DNA of 51,430 nucleotides from a virus (Duplodnaviria; Caudoviricetes): IMG/VR virus record IMGVR_UViG_3300049917_000136, positions 1 to 51,430 of that record; one strand, 5' to 3'. Shown piece by piece: positions 8,511 to 18,041 of this stretch (position 1 is its first letter; each line of letters starts with the position of its first letter). The notes under the pieces were generated by a model. It saw only the letters and a program-made list of their open reading frames with translations, ran no database searches and was not told where the DNA came from. The position numbers and the translations under genes were made by a program.

Positions 8511-9279
8511 CGATATTGGCCAGATTATGCAGCCGGGGCACAAGAAACGGGGGGCTACTCGGCTCCAAATTATGGGTGCTCCCGGTGAATGGAAGACATC
8601 GGTAGCCCTAACTTTCGATAAACCCGAGCTTATTATCGGGATGCCTGGAGAGAAGCATACGGATTTATTTGAGCCGACAGATACCCTCAAAGGATATGTC
8701 TTTAATGCTCCAGATTACAGCAATACCAATGTCGATTGGGTTAAGATGTGGCAAAAGGTACGCCTTAAGACACGTTTGTTACTGGAAGGGGAAATGGGTC
8801 AGTTTGAAACCATCGTTTTTGATGGTGTTCATAAAGCCTTCGATGTGTGTTACTACGCGGCGAAACAGAAGTTTGCATCTTCGAGTGGAGATGGTGAGTG
8901 GGAAGGTCGGCGGGGATGGCCATGGATTAAGGATGAATTTCTTGCGTGGTTTTCTCAGGGGTATTATTCCAAAGTGCCGTGGGTTGTATGGATTGTTTGG
9001 TCTGCCAAAGAGCAGGACGATCAGTTAGCTGTGCAGGGGACCAAAGAGGCCGCACGTCAGTCAATATGGCCGGAATATGCAGGGAAGTTCCAACGAACGG
9101 CCATGGGTGAAACGAACATTATCTACCAGTATGTTGATGGAGGTAAGGCATATTGGCAATTGAGACAGGATGCGAAGGTGAAAGGCGTTGGATTACGAGT
9201 CGCACCAGAGAAGGCAGAGAAATTGCCGGTTCGCATACCGGCTGTGTGGAGTGAGTTGAAGAAAATCTTACAAGGATAG
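8488..9279 (+). CDS. Sak4-like (AAA_24) ATPase / single-strand annealing protein
   Basis: Walker A-like GAPGEWKTS and Walker B TIVFDG; lies between the exonuclease and an SSB-like gene. Confidence 0.7.
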   Translation: MNMSASDDDIGQIMQPGHKKRGATRLQIMGAPGEWKTSVALTFDKPELIIGMPGEKHTDLFEPTDTLKGYVFNAPDYSNTNVDWVKMWQKVRLKTRLLLEGEMGQFETIVFDGVHKAFDVCYYAAKQKFASSSGDGEWEGRRGWPWIKDEFLAWFSQGYYSKVPWVVWIVWSAKEQDDQLAVQGTKEAARQSIWPEYAGKFQRTAMGETNIIYQYVDGGKAYWQLRQDAKVKGVGLRVAPEKAEKLPVRIPAVWSELKKILQG

Positions 9280-9289
9280 AGGAGGAACC

Positions 9290-9745
9290 ATGAGCGTATT
9301 AGAAGAAGTCGATCGTGTAGCAGCCGAGGATAGCGATGCTCGGGTTAAGGCAGAAAAAGAAGCGCGATATGTCGAGCCAGGTACCTACGAAGGGACAGTT
9401 CTATCCTGGGTGAAAAAGGAGAAAAACCCAGAGTTTCCAGATGGGTACGGTGATGCACCCGTTTATAATGTAGGGGTTACTCTTTACGATTGTCCCGAGT
9501 TGGACAAGAAGAAAACGATCTGGCTTAAATTCTGTCCTAAGCGTGTGCTGTCCGAGAAGGGGAAAGATAAGGCGGCATTTCTGGCTATGGATACGATGCA
9601 GATTGCACTGGGAATGAAGGGTGAGCCGTTAGCGGACATCTTTGAACAGGCAAAGGTTACGCGATTGAAGTATAAAATTGAGGGATTTTTACCAGAGGGG
9701 AAGACAGAGAAGGTGAATTTTTGTAGGGGAGTGTCTGCAGTCTAA
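9290..9745 (+). CDS. Putative single-stranded DNA-binding protein (DUF669-like OB fold)
   Basis: VEPGTYEGTV N-terminal motif; position directly after Sak4. Confidence 0.6.
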   Translation: MSVLEEVDRVAAEDSDARVKAEKEARYVEPGTYEGTVLSWVKKEKNPEFPDGYGDAPVYNVGVTLYDCPELDKKKTIWLKFCPKRVLSEKGKDKAAFLAMDTMQIALGMKGEPLADIFEQAKVTRLKYKIEGFLPEGKTEKVNFCRGVSAV

Positions 9746-12231
9746 TGCTGCCTAAACCTTCCTCATGTGCTGGATGCGTATACGAGCACAAAGGCGTGGG
9801 GTTTTGTCCAGATGACGTGAAAGCGTCAGATGTGGCAATCCTCACGCTCCTACCTTCTATGGATGATGTCAAGGGTCGTCAGATTGTGGGGTACCTGGGG
9901 AAGGGGCAGCCTCTCTATGAGAATACCACGCCAAAACCCATGATTGGATCGGCGGGATGGTTGTTAACGAATACCTACCTACCGTTGGCAGGGTTGAATC
10001 GGGAGACTACATCCTTTTATAATCTCATCAAGTGCCATTATCCAGGTCTCTACAAAAGGAATAAGAATGGGCAAAAAACCATTGCGAACAAAAAAGAGTA
10101 TGAACAAGCTCTACAGCACTGCACAACTCAACACCTTGTGTTCGAGAGCGGAACAAAGGTTATTGTTGCCCAAGGTCAAGAAGTTTGGGATGCCACACAA
10201 GGAAAAGGCCAATCAATCCAAGACTGGCGCGGGTTTGTCGGGGGAATCAAAACACAAAGTAATATTAAAATCTACGGAACCCTTGCCATGGGAGATCTTT
10301 TCGGAGACCCTTTCGCCAGGTTCAACAGCCGTTTTGATTTCAAACGACTCAAGCGGTTGGTGGATAGAACTTGGCCGCAACAAATCCCTGCTCAGTATAT
10401 CGCCAAACCGGAAACTCGAGCTCAGTTTGAAGCGGTACTAAAGGAAGCCCTTGAACAACCAGAAATTGTCTGCGACACCGAGTATAACCCAGAAAATAAG
10501 CTGATGACCCATATCGGTATAGCCTGGAAATCAGGGGATACCGTGAAGGGTTGCCAGCTGGAATGGGTTCGAGGGCAGTCCACGAAGGTCGAACGTGCCA
10601 TATTCATGAAGTATTGGCGGCAGATTTGCCAGAAAGTCTCTGTCGCCTTCTGGAATGCCAAGGCCGACCTTCCAATTATCGAGCATAACCTAGGGACCAT
10701 TCCCGTCAAGTTTGAAGACCCCATGCAGGCCCACGCTGTCCTATGGCCTGACATGGATCATGACTATGAATTTGTGTGCTCAATCTATGGCCGTTACCCC
10801 AAGCTAAAACACCTCTCCAAAGAGAACATGCTGCTATATCACTGGGGCGATTTGATCGATCTGGTATGGATATGGGAAGACCTTAAAAAGGAGCTAGACC
10901 ATGACAAAGGTTGCAAAAGGAAATACGAGGAACAAAACAAAAAACTTATCCCCATCATCCTCAACACGGAAGCAGCAGGGATCAGAATCAACCAAGAGCG
11001 CGTTGCATCTGCTATTCCAGAATACGAACAAAAATCACGAGAAGCTACAATCCTCGCTGGGGCCTACTGCGGATTCCCCATTAATGTGGGTTCTGTTTCA
11101 GCACTTACCGCATATCTACTTAATGGCGAATCATGTAAGTTACGAGGAATGGATAAAGATTTGTTGGCCCAGTATCGAGCGAAGTACCTCCCCTTCGACG
11201 CCGAAGAAGAGAAAGAAGGGGGATTCTCAATTGACTACGTTTGTAGACGAGTTGCATTAGGCGCCCACCCTTTACTTGAATTGAGGACGATGTATGCGAA
11301 AAATGAAAAAATCGTATCGAGCTATTTACGAAAACTATCAGGTGTTAGAAGAATCTATCCGCAAATCAATTTCCATACGCAAGCTGGAGGCCGACACTCG
11401 ATTACAAAGCCAGCTCTTGCAACTCTCCCACCTGATCTCCGAGATATTATCATGCCTGACACAGGGCAAGTCTGGATTGGGTGGGACTGGGACGCGCAAG
11501 AGCCACGAATCCAGTGGGGTGAATCAGGCTCTAGAGTCCTTGAAAAAGCTTTTACCAACGGAGAGGACATCCACACCACTTTCGTCTGCGATCTTTACGG
11601 ATGGGAAAAACCACGAGATGCCAAAGACCCTCATTCTTCATCCGTTGATGCCGGATGGCGTCACGCCCACAATTGGGGTGGCAAAGATGATCCTCGAAGG
11701 GTCTTCTCTAAGACGACGCGCTACGAATTAAATTATGACCATTCGGAAAAAGCTTACAACGCGCAGCAAAAAGCTATCCGTATGGGCATTTCACAGTCGA
11801 TTGCCAAAGTAGCGGCCCAAAAACTTCTAAATAGTGACCCCGAACTAAGGACATGGTTCAAAAAGATCGAAGAGGAAGGTTACAAAACCCGTATCGCTCG
11901 TAGCTGGGGTGGCGGACGACGGGTAATCTATTGGGCTGATAGCATGGTTAAGTTTCCCTATAACGATGTACGAAACTTTCCCCTACAAGGAGGAGGGGCT
12001 GATCTTTACAATATCACCTTAGTAGAGATGTCAGAAGAAGTGCCAGAAGCGCACTTCGTATGGGGTGCACATGACTCTCAGTGGTATTCTGTCGATGCCA
12101 CAAGCTGGGAGTCTGTGTATCCCCGTATACGGACGGTGGCAGAGAGGCCACGGTTGATAGGGGGGAGAATGATCCCGTTTCCTGGGTCTTTTAAAATGGT
12201 CAACGATAAAGGGGAGGTGACAAAATTATGA
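9745..12231 (+). CDS. Family A DNA polymerase with N-terminal UDG family-4-like domain and 3'-5' exonuclease
   Basis: UDG-like CxxC...PMIGSAGWLL...NLIKCH. Exonuclease motifs DTEY and WNAKAD. Polymerase motif A DWDAQEPR, motif B RxxxKxxxYxxxY, NFPLQGGGAD, motif C HDS. Confidence 0.9.
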   Translation: MLPKPSSCAGCVYEHKGVGFCPDDVKASDVAILTLLPSMDDVKGRQIVGYLGKGQPLYENTTPKPMIGSAGWLLTNTYLPLAGLNRETTSFYNLIKCHYPGLYKRNKNGQKTIANKKEYEQALQHCTTQHLVFESGTKVIVAQGQEVWDATQGKGQSIQDWRGFVGGIKTQSNIKIYGTLAMGDLFGDPFARFNSRFDFKRLKRLVDRTWPQQIPAQYIAKPETRAQFEAVLKEALEQPEIVCDTEYNPENKLMTHIGIAWKSGDTVKGCQLEWVRGQSTKVERAIFMKYWRQICQKVSVAFWNAKADLPIIEHNLGTIPVKFEDPMQAHAVLWPDMDHDYEFVCSIYGRYPKLKHLSKENMLLYHWGDLIDLVWIWEDLKKELDHDKGCKRKYEEQNKKLIPIILNTEAAGIRINQERVASAIPEYEQKSREATILAGAYCGFPINVGSVSALTAYLLNGESCKLRGMDKDLLAQYRAKYLPFDAEEEKEGGFSIDYVCRRVALGAHPLLELRTMYAKNEKIVSSYLRKLSGVRRIYPQINFHTQAGGRHSITKPALATLPPDLRDIIMPDTGQVWIGWDWDAQEPRIQWGESGSRVLEKAFTNGEDIHTTFVCDLYGWEKPRDAKDPHSSSVDAGWRHAHNWGGKDDPRRVFSKTTRYELNYDHSEKAYNAQQKAIRMGISQSIAKVAAQKLLNSDPELRTWFKKIEEEGYKTRIARSWGGGRRVIYWADSMVKFPYNDVRNFPLQGGGADLYNITLVEMSEEVPEAHFVWGAHDSQWYSVDATSWESVYPRIRTVAERPRLIGGRMIPFPGSFKMVNDKGEVTKL

Positions 12232-12575
12232 GTAGTTCAAGTTGGGATGTTAAGTCTGAAATGGAAAAGAAACCAATAGTTGGCAGGTGGATTGTTCGTG
12301 TGGGGGATAGAAAGGGGAGGAAGTTACAGATTACGCACTCCGATAATGTGTGTTATGTTGCCCATGATAGACATCATTCATTCACTGTACCTCAAGCTGA
12401 TTACGAATTCTGTGATCCGCCAGTAGAGGATGTCACGAATAAGCTGTACGTGAAAGATGGTAAAGTCTACTGTGATGTACCTGGACTAGCAAAGGACGAC
12501 CACATAGCAACGCTGTGTTGTAACGGCAACTATACCGTCTCCTTCAACCCATTCAAAGTGGAGCGGATATCATGA
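12228..12575 (+). CDS. Hypothetical protein
   Basis: 115 aa ORF coupled to the polymerase stop (ATGA overlap). Confidence 0.65.
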   Translation: MSSSSWDVKSEMEKKPIVGRWIVRVGDRKGRKLQITHSDNVCYVAHDRHHSFTVPQADYEFCDPPVEDVTNKLYVKDGKVYCDVPGLAKDDHIATLCCNGNYTVSFNPFKVERIS

Positions 12576-12711
12576 CGATTATGTGGCTTGTTGTCATTGC
12601 GTCTATTCTCACTGGCCAATTCGCAGCCTATAAACTGGCCAGCTGGTGGGGATGGGTCTTATATACCGTCTCGACGTTGTTGGTTATTATCATCTGTAAC
12701 AGTGGAGGTCA

Positions 12712-12969
12712 TTGATGTTTGTAACGGAAAAGTGGGTACGGCAGCATGTCGATGAAAGGCTTGACTATCTAGGTAAAAGACTGACTGAGCTTGAAGGAGA
12801 ACTTGGTATTAACCAAAAGTATGGGTATTGGGAGAGACTAAAGGATCGTGTCAAAATCCTTGAAAATCGGGTAACGCAGTTGATGGAACATCTAAACCTG
12901 TGTGAAAAATATGTTCCACCTGTTGAATCCAAGACGATCCTGACACCCTGTAATAAGGATGCCAAGTGA
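12712..12969 (+). CDS. Hypothetical coiled-coil protein
   Basis: GGAGG RBS; heptad pattern. Confidence 0.6.
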   Translation: MMFVTEKWVRQHVDERLDYLGKRLTELEGELGINQKYGYWERLKDRVKILENRVTQLMEHLNLCEKYVPPVESKTILTPCNKDAK

Positions 12970-13712
12970 GAATTCTTCTTTTGGACCTTGAAACCGCGCC
13001 CAACATAGCGACCGTCTGGGGTATCTACGACCAAACGATTGCGATTAACCAACTCCTCGAATCCTCTTACGTGCTCTGTTGGGCGGCGAAGTGGCTCGGT
13101 GATGACGAGATCATGTGGCGACGTTCACACGGGAAAAGCGGGCGGTATCGAAAGGATATGCTACGGGCTGTCCATAAGCTACTCGATGAGGCGGATGCTG
13201 TCATACATTATAACGGGAAGTCCTTTGACATCCCCACATTGAATAAAGAATTCATACTCCATGACATGGCACAACCGGCACCATATAAGCAGATTGACCT
13301 CATCAAGGTAGCGCGGTCACAATTCAGGTTCACAAGTAACAAGCTCGATTACATTGTGCAATTTCTCGGACTAGGCGAGAAGGTCAAACACAGGGGTCAT
13401 GAAATGTGGCTGGATTGTATGAACAATGATCCCAAAGCCTGGGCGGAAATGGAGGCATACAATAAGCATGATGTCACCATACTTGAAAAGCTATATTATC
13501 GTCTTCGTCCCTGGATCAAAACGCACGTATCATATTCAGCTCATGAAGGACTTATCTGCTGTCCGCATTGTGGATCTGGAAAATGGCAACGAAGAGGTTA
13601 CGCCATTGCGCCTGCCAGTAAGTACCAACGATACCAGTGCCAAGACTGTGGAACCTGGTTTAGAAGTGGCCCAAACCTGCTTCCACGAGGAAAGGTAGCG
13701 GTGACATGCTAA
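12966..13712 (+). CDS. RNase H-like (DnaQ/RNase_H_2) exonuclease with C-terminal zinc ribbon
   Basis: DLET, HYNGKSFD and YNKHDV motifs; CPHCG...CQDCG. Confidence 0.88.
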   Translation: MRILLLDLETAPNIATVWGIYDQTIAINQLLESSYVLCWAAKWLGDDEIMWRRSHGKSGRYRKDMLRAVHKLLDEADAVIHYNGKSFDIPTLNKEFILHDMAQPAPYKQIDLIKVARSQFRFTSNKLDYIVQFLGLGEKVKHRGHEMWLDCMNNDPKAWAEMEAYNKHDVTILEKLYYRLRPWIKTHVSYSAHEGLICCPHCGSGKWQRRGYAIAPASKYQRYQCQDCGTWFRSGPNLLPRGKVAVTC

Positions 13713-13921
13713 ACACCATATTAAATGGCATCGCATTTATAGTCCTTATTATATTTGGAGCATTAGGCGTGGCTGTCTTGAGTGTCTATTTCAGTATGTT
13801 TGTGTTGTTTGTTATTGTCATCCTTGTCATGAGTGGTCTATGGCTTGTGGTAGAGAACAGTTGGCGATGGATCAAAAGGAGGTGGCATGGAAAAAGAAAA
13901 GCCAGCTCGTCTAGATTATGA
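13706..13921 (+). CDS. Small two-TM membrane protein
   Basis: Long hydrophobic stretch followed by a basic tail. Confidence 0.6.
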   Translation: MLNTILNGIAFIVLIIFGALGVAVLSVYFSMFVLFVIVILVMSGLWLVVENSWRWIKRRWHGKRKASSSRL

Positions 13922-14207
13922 ACAAATCGATATTTTAGATCGGGAAGCAAAGAAGTTTACAGGTACCAAACTCGAACACTGGACGGATGGGAAGGGTATC
14001 TGCGGATCGTGCCAGTGGGCCACGATTATCCGAAGGGCATCGAGAAACACACGAACGATACGGTGTGGGGAATTAGGAAAACAAGTACCAGAAGACATCA
14101 CAGAATGCACCGCGTACCAGAACTTTACGCAATTGAGCCTCCAACAGATGGGGCAAATTGCGATTGTGATCGATCCACGTCCTGATAAGTATAAGGGGTA
14201 TCTATGA
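13887..14207 (+). CDS. Hypothetical four-Cys protein
   Basis: CGSC...C...C; GGAGG RBS. Confidence 0.7.
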   Translation: MEKEKPARLDYEQIDILDREAKKFTGTKLEHWTDGKGICGSCQWATIIRRASRNTRTIRCGELGKQVPEDITECTAYQNFTQLSLQQMGQIAIVIDPRPDKYKGYL

Positions 14208-14351
14208 GTTATCCAACCATGACTAAAGACGCGATGAAATTAGCGAAGCTTGCAACCCGTCGATTACTGGGATGTTCCAGCGCATGGCAAGCCCATCAAC
14301 AACGTAAGTGCCTAGAGCATTGTTGGTATTGTGAGAAGGAAAGGAGGATGA

Positions 14352-14954
14352 ATGCCCAACTCAAATGAATACACTGTACGGGTTTCATCTGACTTTGATA
14401 ATGCGGTGACTATTCGTTATCGAGAAGGGCAGGTTACAATTCCGTATGAACATTTGTACTTTGTAAAAAAGGATATCGAGCAGTTTATTGCACACGTAGA
14501 AATGACAAGGACGTTAAATTACGCAGGCAAACCATAATGAAATGGGTTCTTTATCTCATCCTCTCAATGGCCACAGACGGCGAAAAGCTGTTGATTGATG
14601 GTGATGCTTATGAGACCCCAGAAGAGTGTGTGCAACAAGGTATCATTACGGCGAACTGGCTGACACAGGATCTAGTGACTGTTACATGGAGGTGTGTAGA
14701 AAAACATGAGGAAAAACGCTAAGCCGTTGGCAATTTTAATCGATGATCCAGAATGGTTTGAGCTACCAGAAATTGAAGCGCTAGAAAAGCAAGGGCACCA
14801 GCTTGTTGAGTCTAGCCTGGACTTTTGGGATGTCAGTATAGGTCCACGTCATTGGCGCATAGATCCGGCATGGGGGCATCTTGATAAACAGCTCGCTATG
14901 ATGATCGAGGGAGTGCGAAACGTTAAATACCCCAAAACAGAGGAGGCTGTATGA
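14352..14954 (+). CDS. Three small coupled hypothetical genes (14352..14537, 14537..14722, 14706..14954)
   Basis: Overlapping start/stop codons in the same orientation. Confidence 0.6.
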
Positions 14955-15202
14955 CCAAGCGTGTACGGATACAGGTTCGGTTAGGATGGAGTCAGAGCCC
15001 AGCAACCGACGTAGCAGGTTACAGGGTTTATCGGGATGGTATCGGAACACCAATGGCCACACTCAATAAGGATGCGACCTCCCTTGTCGTATCGATTCCC
15101 CTACAGTCCAGATCAGCTACCGCATTCTATGTCACAGCATATGACCTGGCTGGTAACGAATCCTTAAAACGGCGCATTGAAACCGTGTATGTGGTGGCCT
15201 AA
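14951..15202 (+). CDS. Stand-alone fibronectin type III-like domain protein
   Basis: LGW...DVAGYRVYR...FYVTAYDLAGNES FN3 signature. Confidence 0.8.
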   Translation: MTKRVRIQVRLGWSQSPATDVAGYRVYRDGIGTPMATLNKDATSLVVSIPLQSRSATAFYVTAYDLAGNESLKRRIETVYVVA

Positions 15203-15329
15203 ATGGAAAAATACGCCAAAGAAAAAATTAACGACATAGCCTTACTTACAATCATCGTCATCGGAACATTTGTGATAGGTTTCATAACGGGTAGTTTTGC
15301 AAGTTATATGATATTGAAAGGATCACTAA

Positions 15330-16131
15330 ATGAGTCCCAAGAAACCAGCATCCAAACCAGACCTTAAAGCTATTGCCGAACCGGGGGAAATACGAGCCTC
15401 CCGTTATGACAATGATCGGTTAGAGATTCGTATTCATCGGGGAGCGGTTATTGCCGACAAGGACGAGACCACAGCCCTCATCTTCCATCTGTTGATCCAA
15501 GCGGAACAGCAATGGGGGCCGAAAGTGCGCCAAGATACCTTGGCGTTTCTGGAAACGAAATGAAAGGCCATCTTTTGCTCATAATGGCCGTGATCTTGTC
15601 CTGGGCCTTTATTACAAAATATACCTTGACATACTTCAAGAAACCGTATATACCTATCTTCCATGCAGGTGATTGTTTTCGATTTAAGCACTCAGATGAC
15701 AAGCTACCTGATGGGATAGTGAAGTATTTACGAGATGATAACTACATCATCCTATGGGCCAAGGAAGCAAACCGGCGGTATGCGGGGCCAAAGGAAGGCG
15801 GGTCATTATCGATTCGTTGGCTCGATGAATGGTATGTACAGACGGAATGTCCGAGAGGGTGGGTTAAATGAGAAGGTATAGCCGAGAAGATGAGTGTATG
15901 GTACACGATGACAAGGGTGATTGGGTTAAATATACTGATATTGCACGAGGAGTATCGATGACAGAATCAATGATTGTCGAGTTGGTTTCCGGGAATCAAG
16001 AGATTATCCCAGAAAATCATTATTTCCGTATAGGACCGGAGGGTGTATTGTTTGTGCTCGATAAAGATGAGAATTTATTTGTTGCCTATGCTCCCCATAC
16101 GTGGATTTCATATAGGCCATTTTCTAGATGA
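15330..16131 (+). CDS. Three hypothetical genes (15330..15563; 15560..15871 with N-terminal TM; 15868..16131)
   Basis: ORFs coupled by ATGA overlaps. Confidence 0.6.
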
Positions 16132-16145
16132 AGGGTGGAGATAAC

Positions 16146-16245
16146 GGCACAGGGCGGCGTGGAAGGACACGCCTGATAGCACGTAAAGGCCGAGATACGT
16201 GTCCAACAAAACTCGGAGCCGGTATCAAGCCCGGCCCCTGTGCCA
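16146..16245 (+). ncRNA. tRNA-like RNA with pseudoknot in place of the anticodon arm
   Basis: Acceptor-like stem CACAGGG/CCCTGTG, D-like arm GCGTG-GAAGGA-CACGC, T-like arm GCCGG-TATCAAGC-CCGGC, 3' end ...GTGCCA. Confidence 0.6.
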
Positions 16246-16415
16246 CTACTGGGAGAAAGTGATATGCCATACACACAATGTCCGGAATGCAGCCAATGGA
16301 TGGAAGTCGAGCGAGTGGATAATGGCGTCTGCAAGGTCTGGCATGGGGTGCATTGTGGATACGGTCACGCTTATTTTGCCGACGAGGACGTGGTAGAAGT
16401 CCTTAATGGGAGGAT

Positions 16416-16814
16416 GTGATGAGTGGTAGTGATGAATGGATACAAAAGGCGTTAGAACTGTCAGCCGAGAATGCCGCGTTGAAGGCATCTCCCCCTCAAT
16501 GGGTAAAAGATCTGGCAGCGGAACGCGATGAATTCCAAGCCCTCAACGAGCACCACAAAGAGCAATTTCTCAGGGTCAATCTAGAGTTGACGCAGGCCAA
16601 AAAAGAACGGGATGCACTCAATAAGGTTTGCAAACATCATGAGCAAATCGAAAACGATCTACTGTCACAACTAGAGCAGGCTCAGCAACGGGAGGCGCGG
16701 CTGCGGGATACTCTAGATCGTATCTTCCACGTCTGCGACGGCAAGCCCGCGCTCCAACTGATTGCCAACGAAGCGAGGAACGCTATCAACGAGACCCGGA
16801 AGGAGACGGCATGA
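16416..16814 (+). CDS. Coiled-coil hypothetical protein
   Basis: GGAGG RBS; heptad-rich. Confidence 0.7.
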   Translation: MMSGSDEWIQKALELSAENAALKASPPQWVKDLAAERDEFQALNEHHKEQFLRVNLELTQAKKERDALNKVCKHHEQIENDLLSQLEQAQQREARLRDTLDRIFHVCDGKPALQLIANEARNAINETRKETA

Positions 16815-17131
16815 TTACCATACTAATGTTCTTCCTGTGGATCACTCTGACCGGATGTTCCGCGCTCAACACCGTGACGGGCGCCGCAACCGGGATCGTG
16901 GATTGCACCGTCTGGAAAGTCGCGTCCAACGGCGTGACGGGCCTCCTCTGGATTCCCGTGGCACCCCTTGAAGGTGCGTATCGGGGTGCGCAAATGGGAT
17001 GGTATTCAGACCGGATGTTACTGACGGGGCGACGCGATGAGGCGACGTTTCTCTCACATATGCTTCCGTGTACGGCACATACGGCAACGCGTATGTTTGG
17101 AGGGGATGGATTATCATGGGACATGCAATAA
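16811..17131 (+). CDS. Putative lipoprotein
   Basis: Hydrophobic N-terminus with lipobox LTGC. Confidence 0.6.
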   Translation: MITILMFFLWITLTGCSALNTVTGAATGIVDCTVWKVASNGVTGLLWIPVAPLEGAYRGAQMGWYSDRMLLTGRRDEATFLSHMLPCTAHTATRMFGGDGLSWDMQ

Positions 17132-17301
17132 TACCAGTGTTATTGATGTTCTTCGCGCTTGTCGGATGTCAGCAACCGGTTATACACACCTACCACGACT
17201 GGCGCGTGGGTGAGCATTGGTGCGAGATCCAGGAACCGGATGGACACGTTCATCGCTACTCATGGCGGCAAGGAGAGATATGTCAATCTTGGCAAAAATA
17301 G
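17116..17301 (+). CDS. Putative small lipoprotein
   Basis: MGHAIIPVLLMFFALVGC lipobox. Confidence 0.55.
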   Translation: MGHAIIPVLLMFFALVGCQQPVIHTYHDWRVGEHWCEIQEPDGHVHRYSWRQGEICQSWQK

Positions 17302-17615
17302 TTTCGGCACTGCTATTCTTCACGCTGGTCGGTGTGGCGGAGGCGGGAGCTGACAGTTGGGTCCTCAGCGAGAAAGAGCATGGATGCACAATCAAAGAGG
17401 ATGACGGGCGGCTTGGTGTAGTCTGTCAGCCCGCAAAGCCTAAAGTGGCGCCCTGTGAACTCAAGATGAAAGAGGCGATGCGAATGATGACAGATACCAT
17501 ATACAACAGCGCTCGCAAGGCCAATGAGTACAAGGATGCCATAATCTTTCTGAAGGCGCTTCAGGAAGAACTTGGTGGTCGTTGGAGTGAGACTATGCGC
17601 GAGTGTGTGAAGTAA
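17280..17615 (+). CDS. Putative secreted protein
   Basis: AAGGAG RBS; signal-peptide-like MSILAKIVSALLFFTLVGVAEA. Confidence 0.6.
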   Translation: MSILAKIVSALLFFTLVGVAEAGADSWVLSEKEHGCTIKEDDGRLGVVCQPAKPKVAPCELKMKEAMRMMTDTIYNSARKANEYKDAIIFLKALQEELGGRWSETMRECVK

Positions 17616-17855
17616 GGAGGCGTGATGAGCCGTGACCACTTGAAATTATGGCCGCACAATATCAATGAGAACTGGTGGTGGTATGAGGAGCCACAAGGAA
17701 TTTGTGTGGTGCACCACCAAGGGACGAAGGGCGCTGCGATGGTCAATATTTCATGGCGCAGTCTTCGTGCGGCGTTGAAGAGGCTGGATAAGAAGAAGTA
17801 AGGAAAGAAGCGTGTGTTGGGCGTGTGGCTTAGATGGAGAGTGTGAGTTGGTGAA

Positions 17856-18041
17856 CTAAACCTGAGCCTTCGGGATACACACAATCATATAATTGGTATC
17901 CAGGGGATAGGCTTCTTTCATCCCATCCTCTACGATCTGTCTCGAGGCGTTACACTTTTCCTGACTCGGTAGGGTATCGAGGAGATAGCGTTTATCAAAG
18001 CCAGTTGGAGGGTCTAGAAGGATGAGGAGGAGGAGCCACAT
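17856..18041 (-). CDS. Small hypothetical protein, last gene of the late operon
   Basis: Coupled to the endolysin stop; hydrophobic N-terminus. Confidence 0.6.
   Translation of the reverse strand: MWLLLLILLDPPTGFDKRYLLDTLPSQEKCNASRQIVEDGMKEAYPLDTNYMIVCIPKAQV

Noticed and set aside
16173-16216. Hammerhead ribozyme or preQ1/SAM-II riboswitch inside the tRNA-like element
   Set aside because: CTGATAG is not CUGANGA and there is no GAAA core; the ligand-binding consensus nucleotides are not recognisable.
16146-16245. Canonical tRNA or tmRNA
   Set aside because: There is no anticodon stem-loop, the T-loop is a non-canonical 8 nt, and it is far too short for a tmRNA with a tag ORF. Kept as tRNA-like only.
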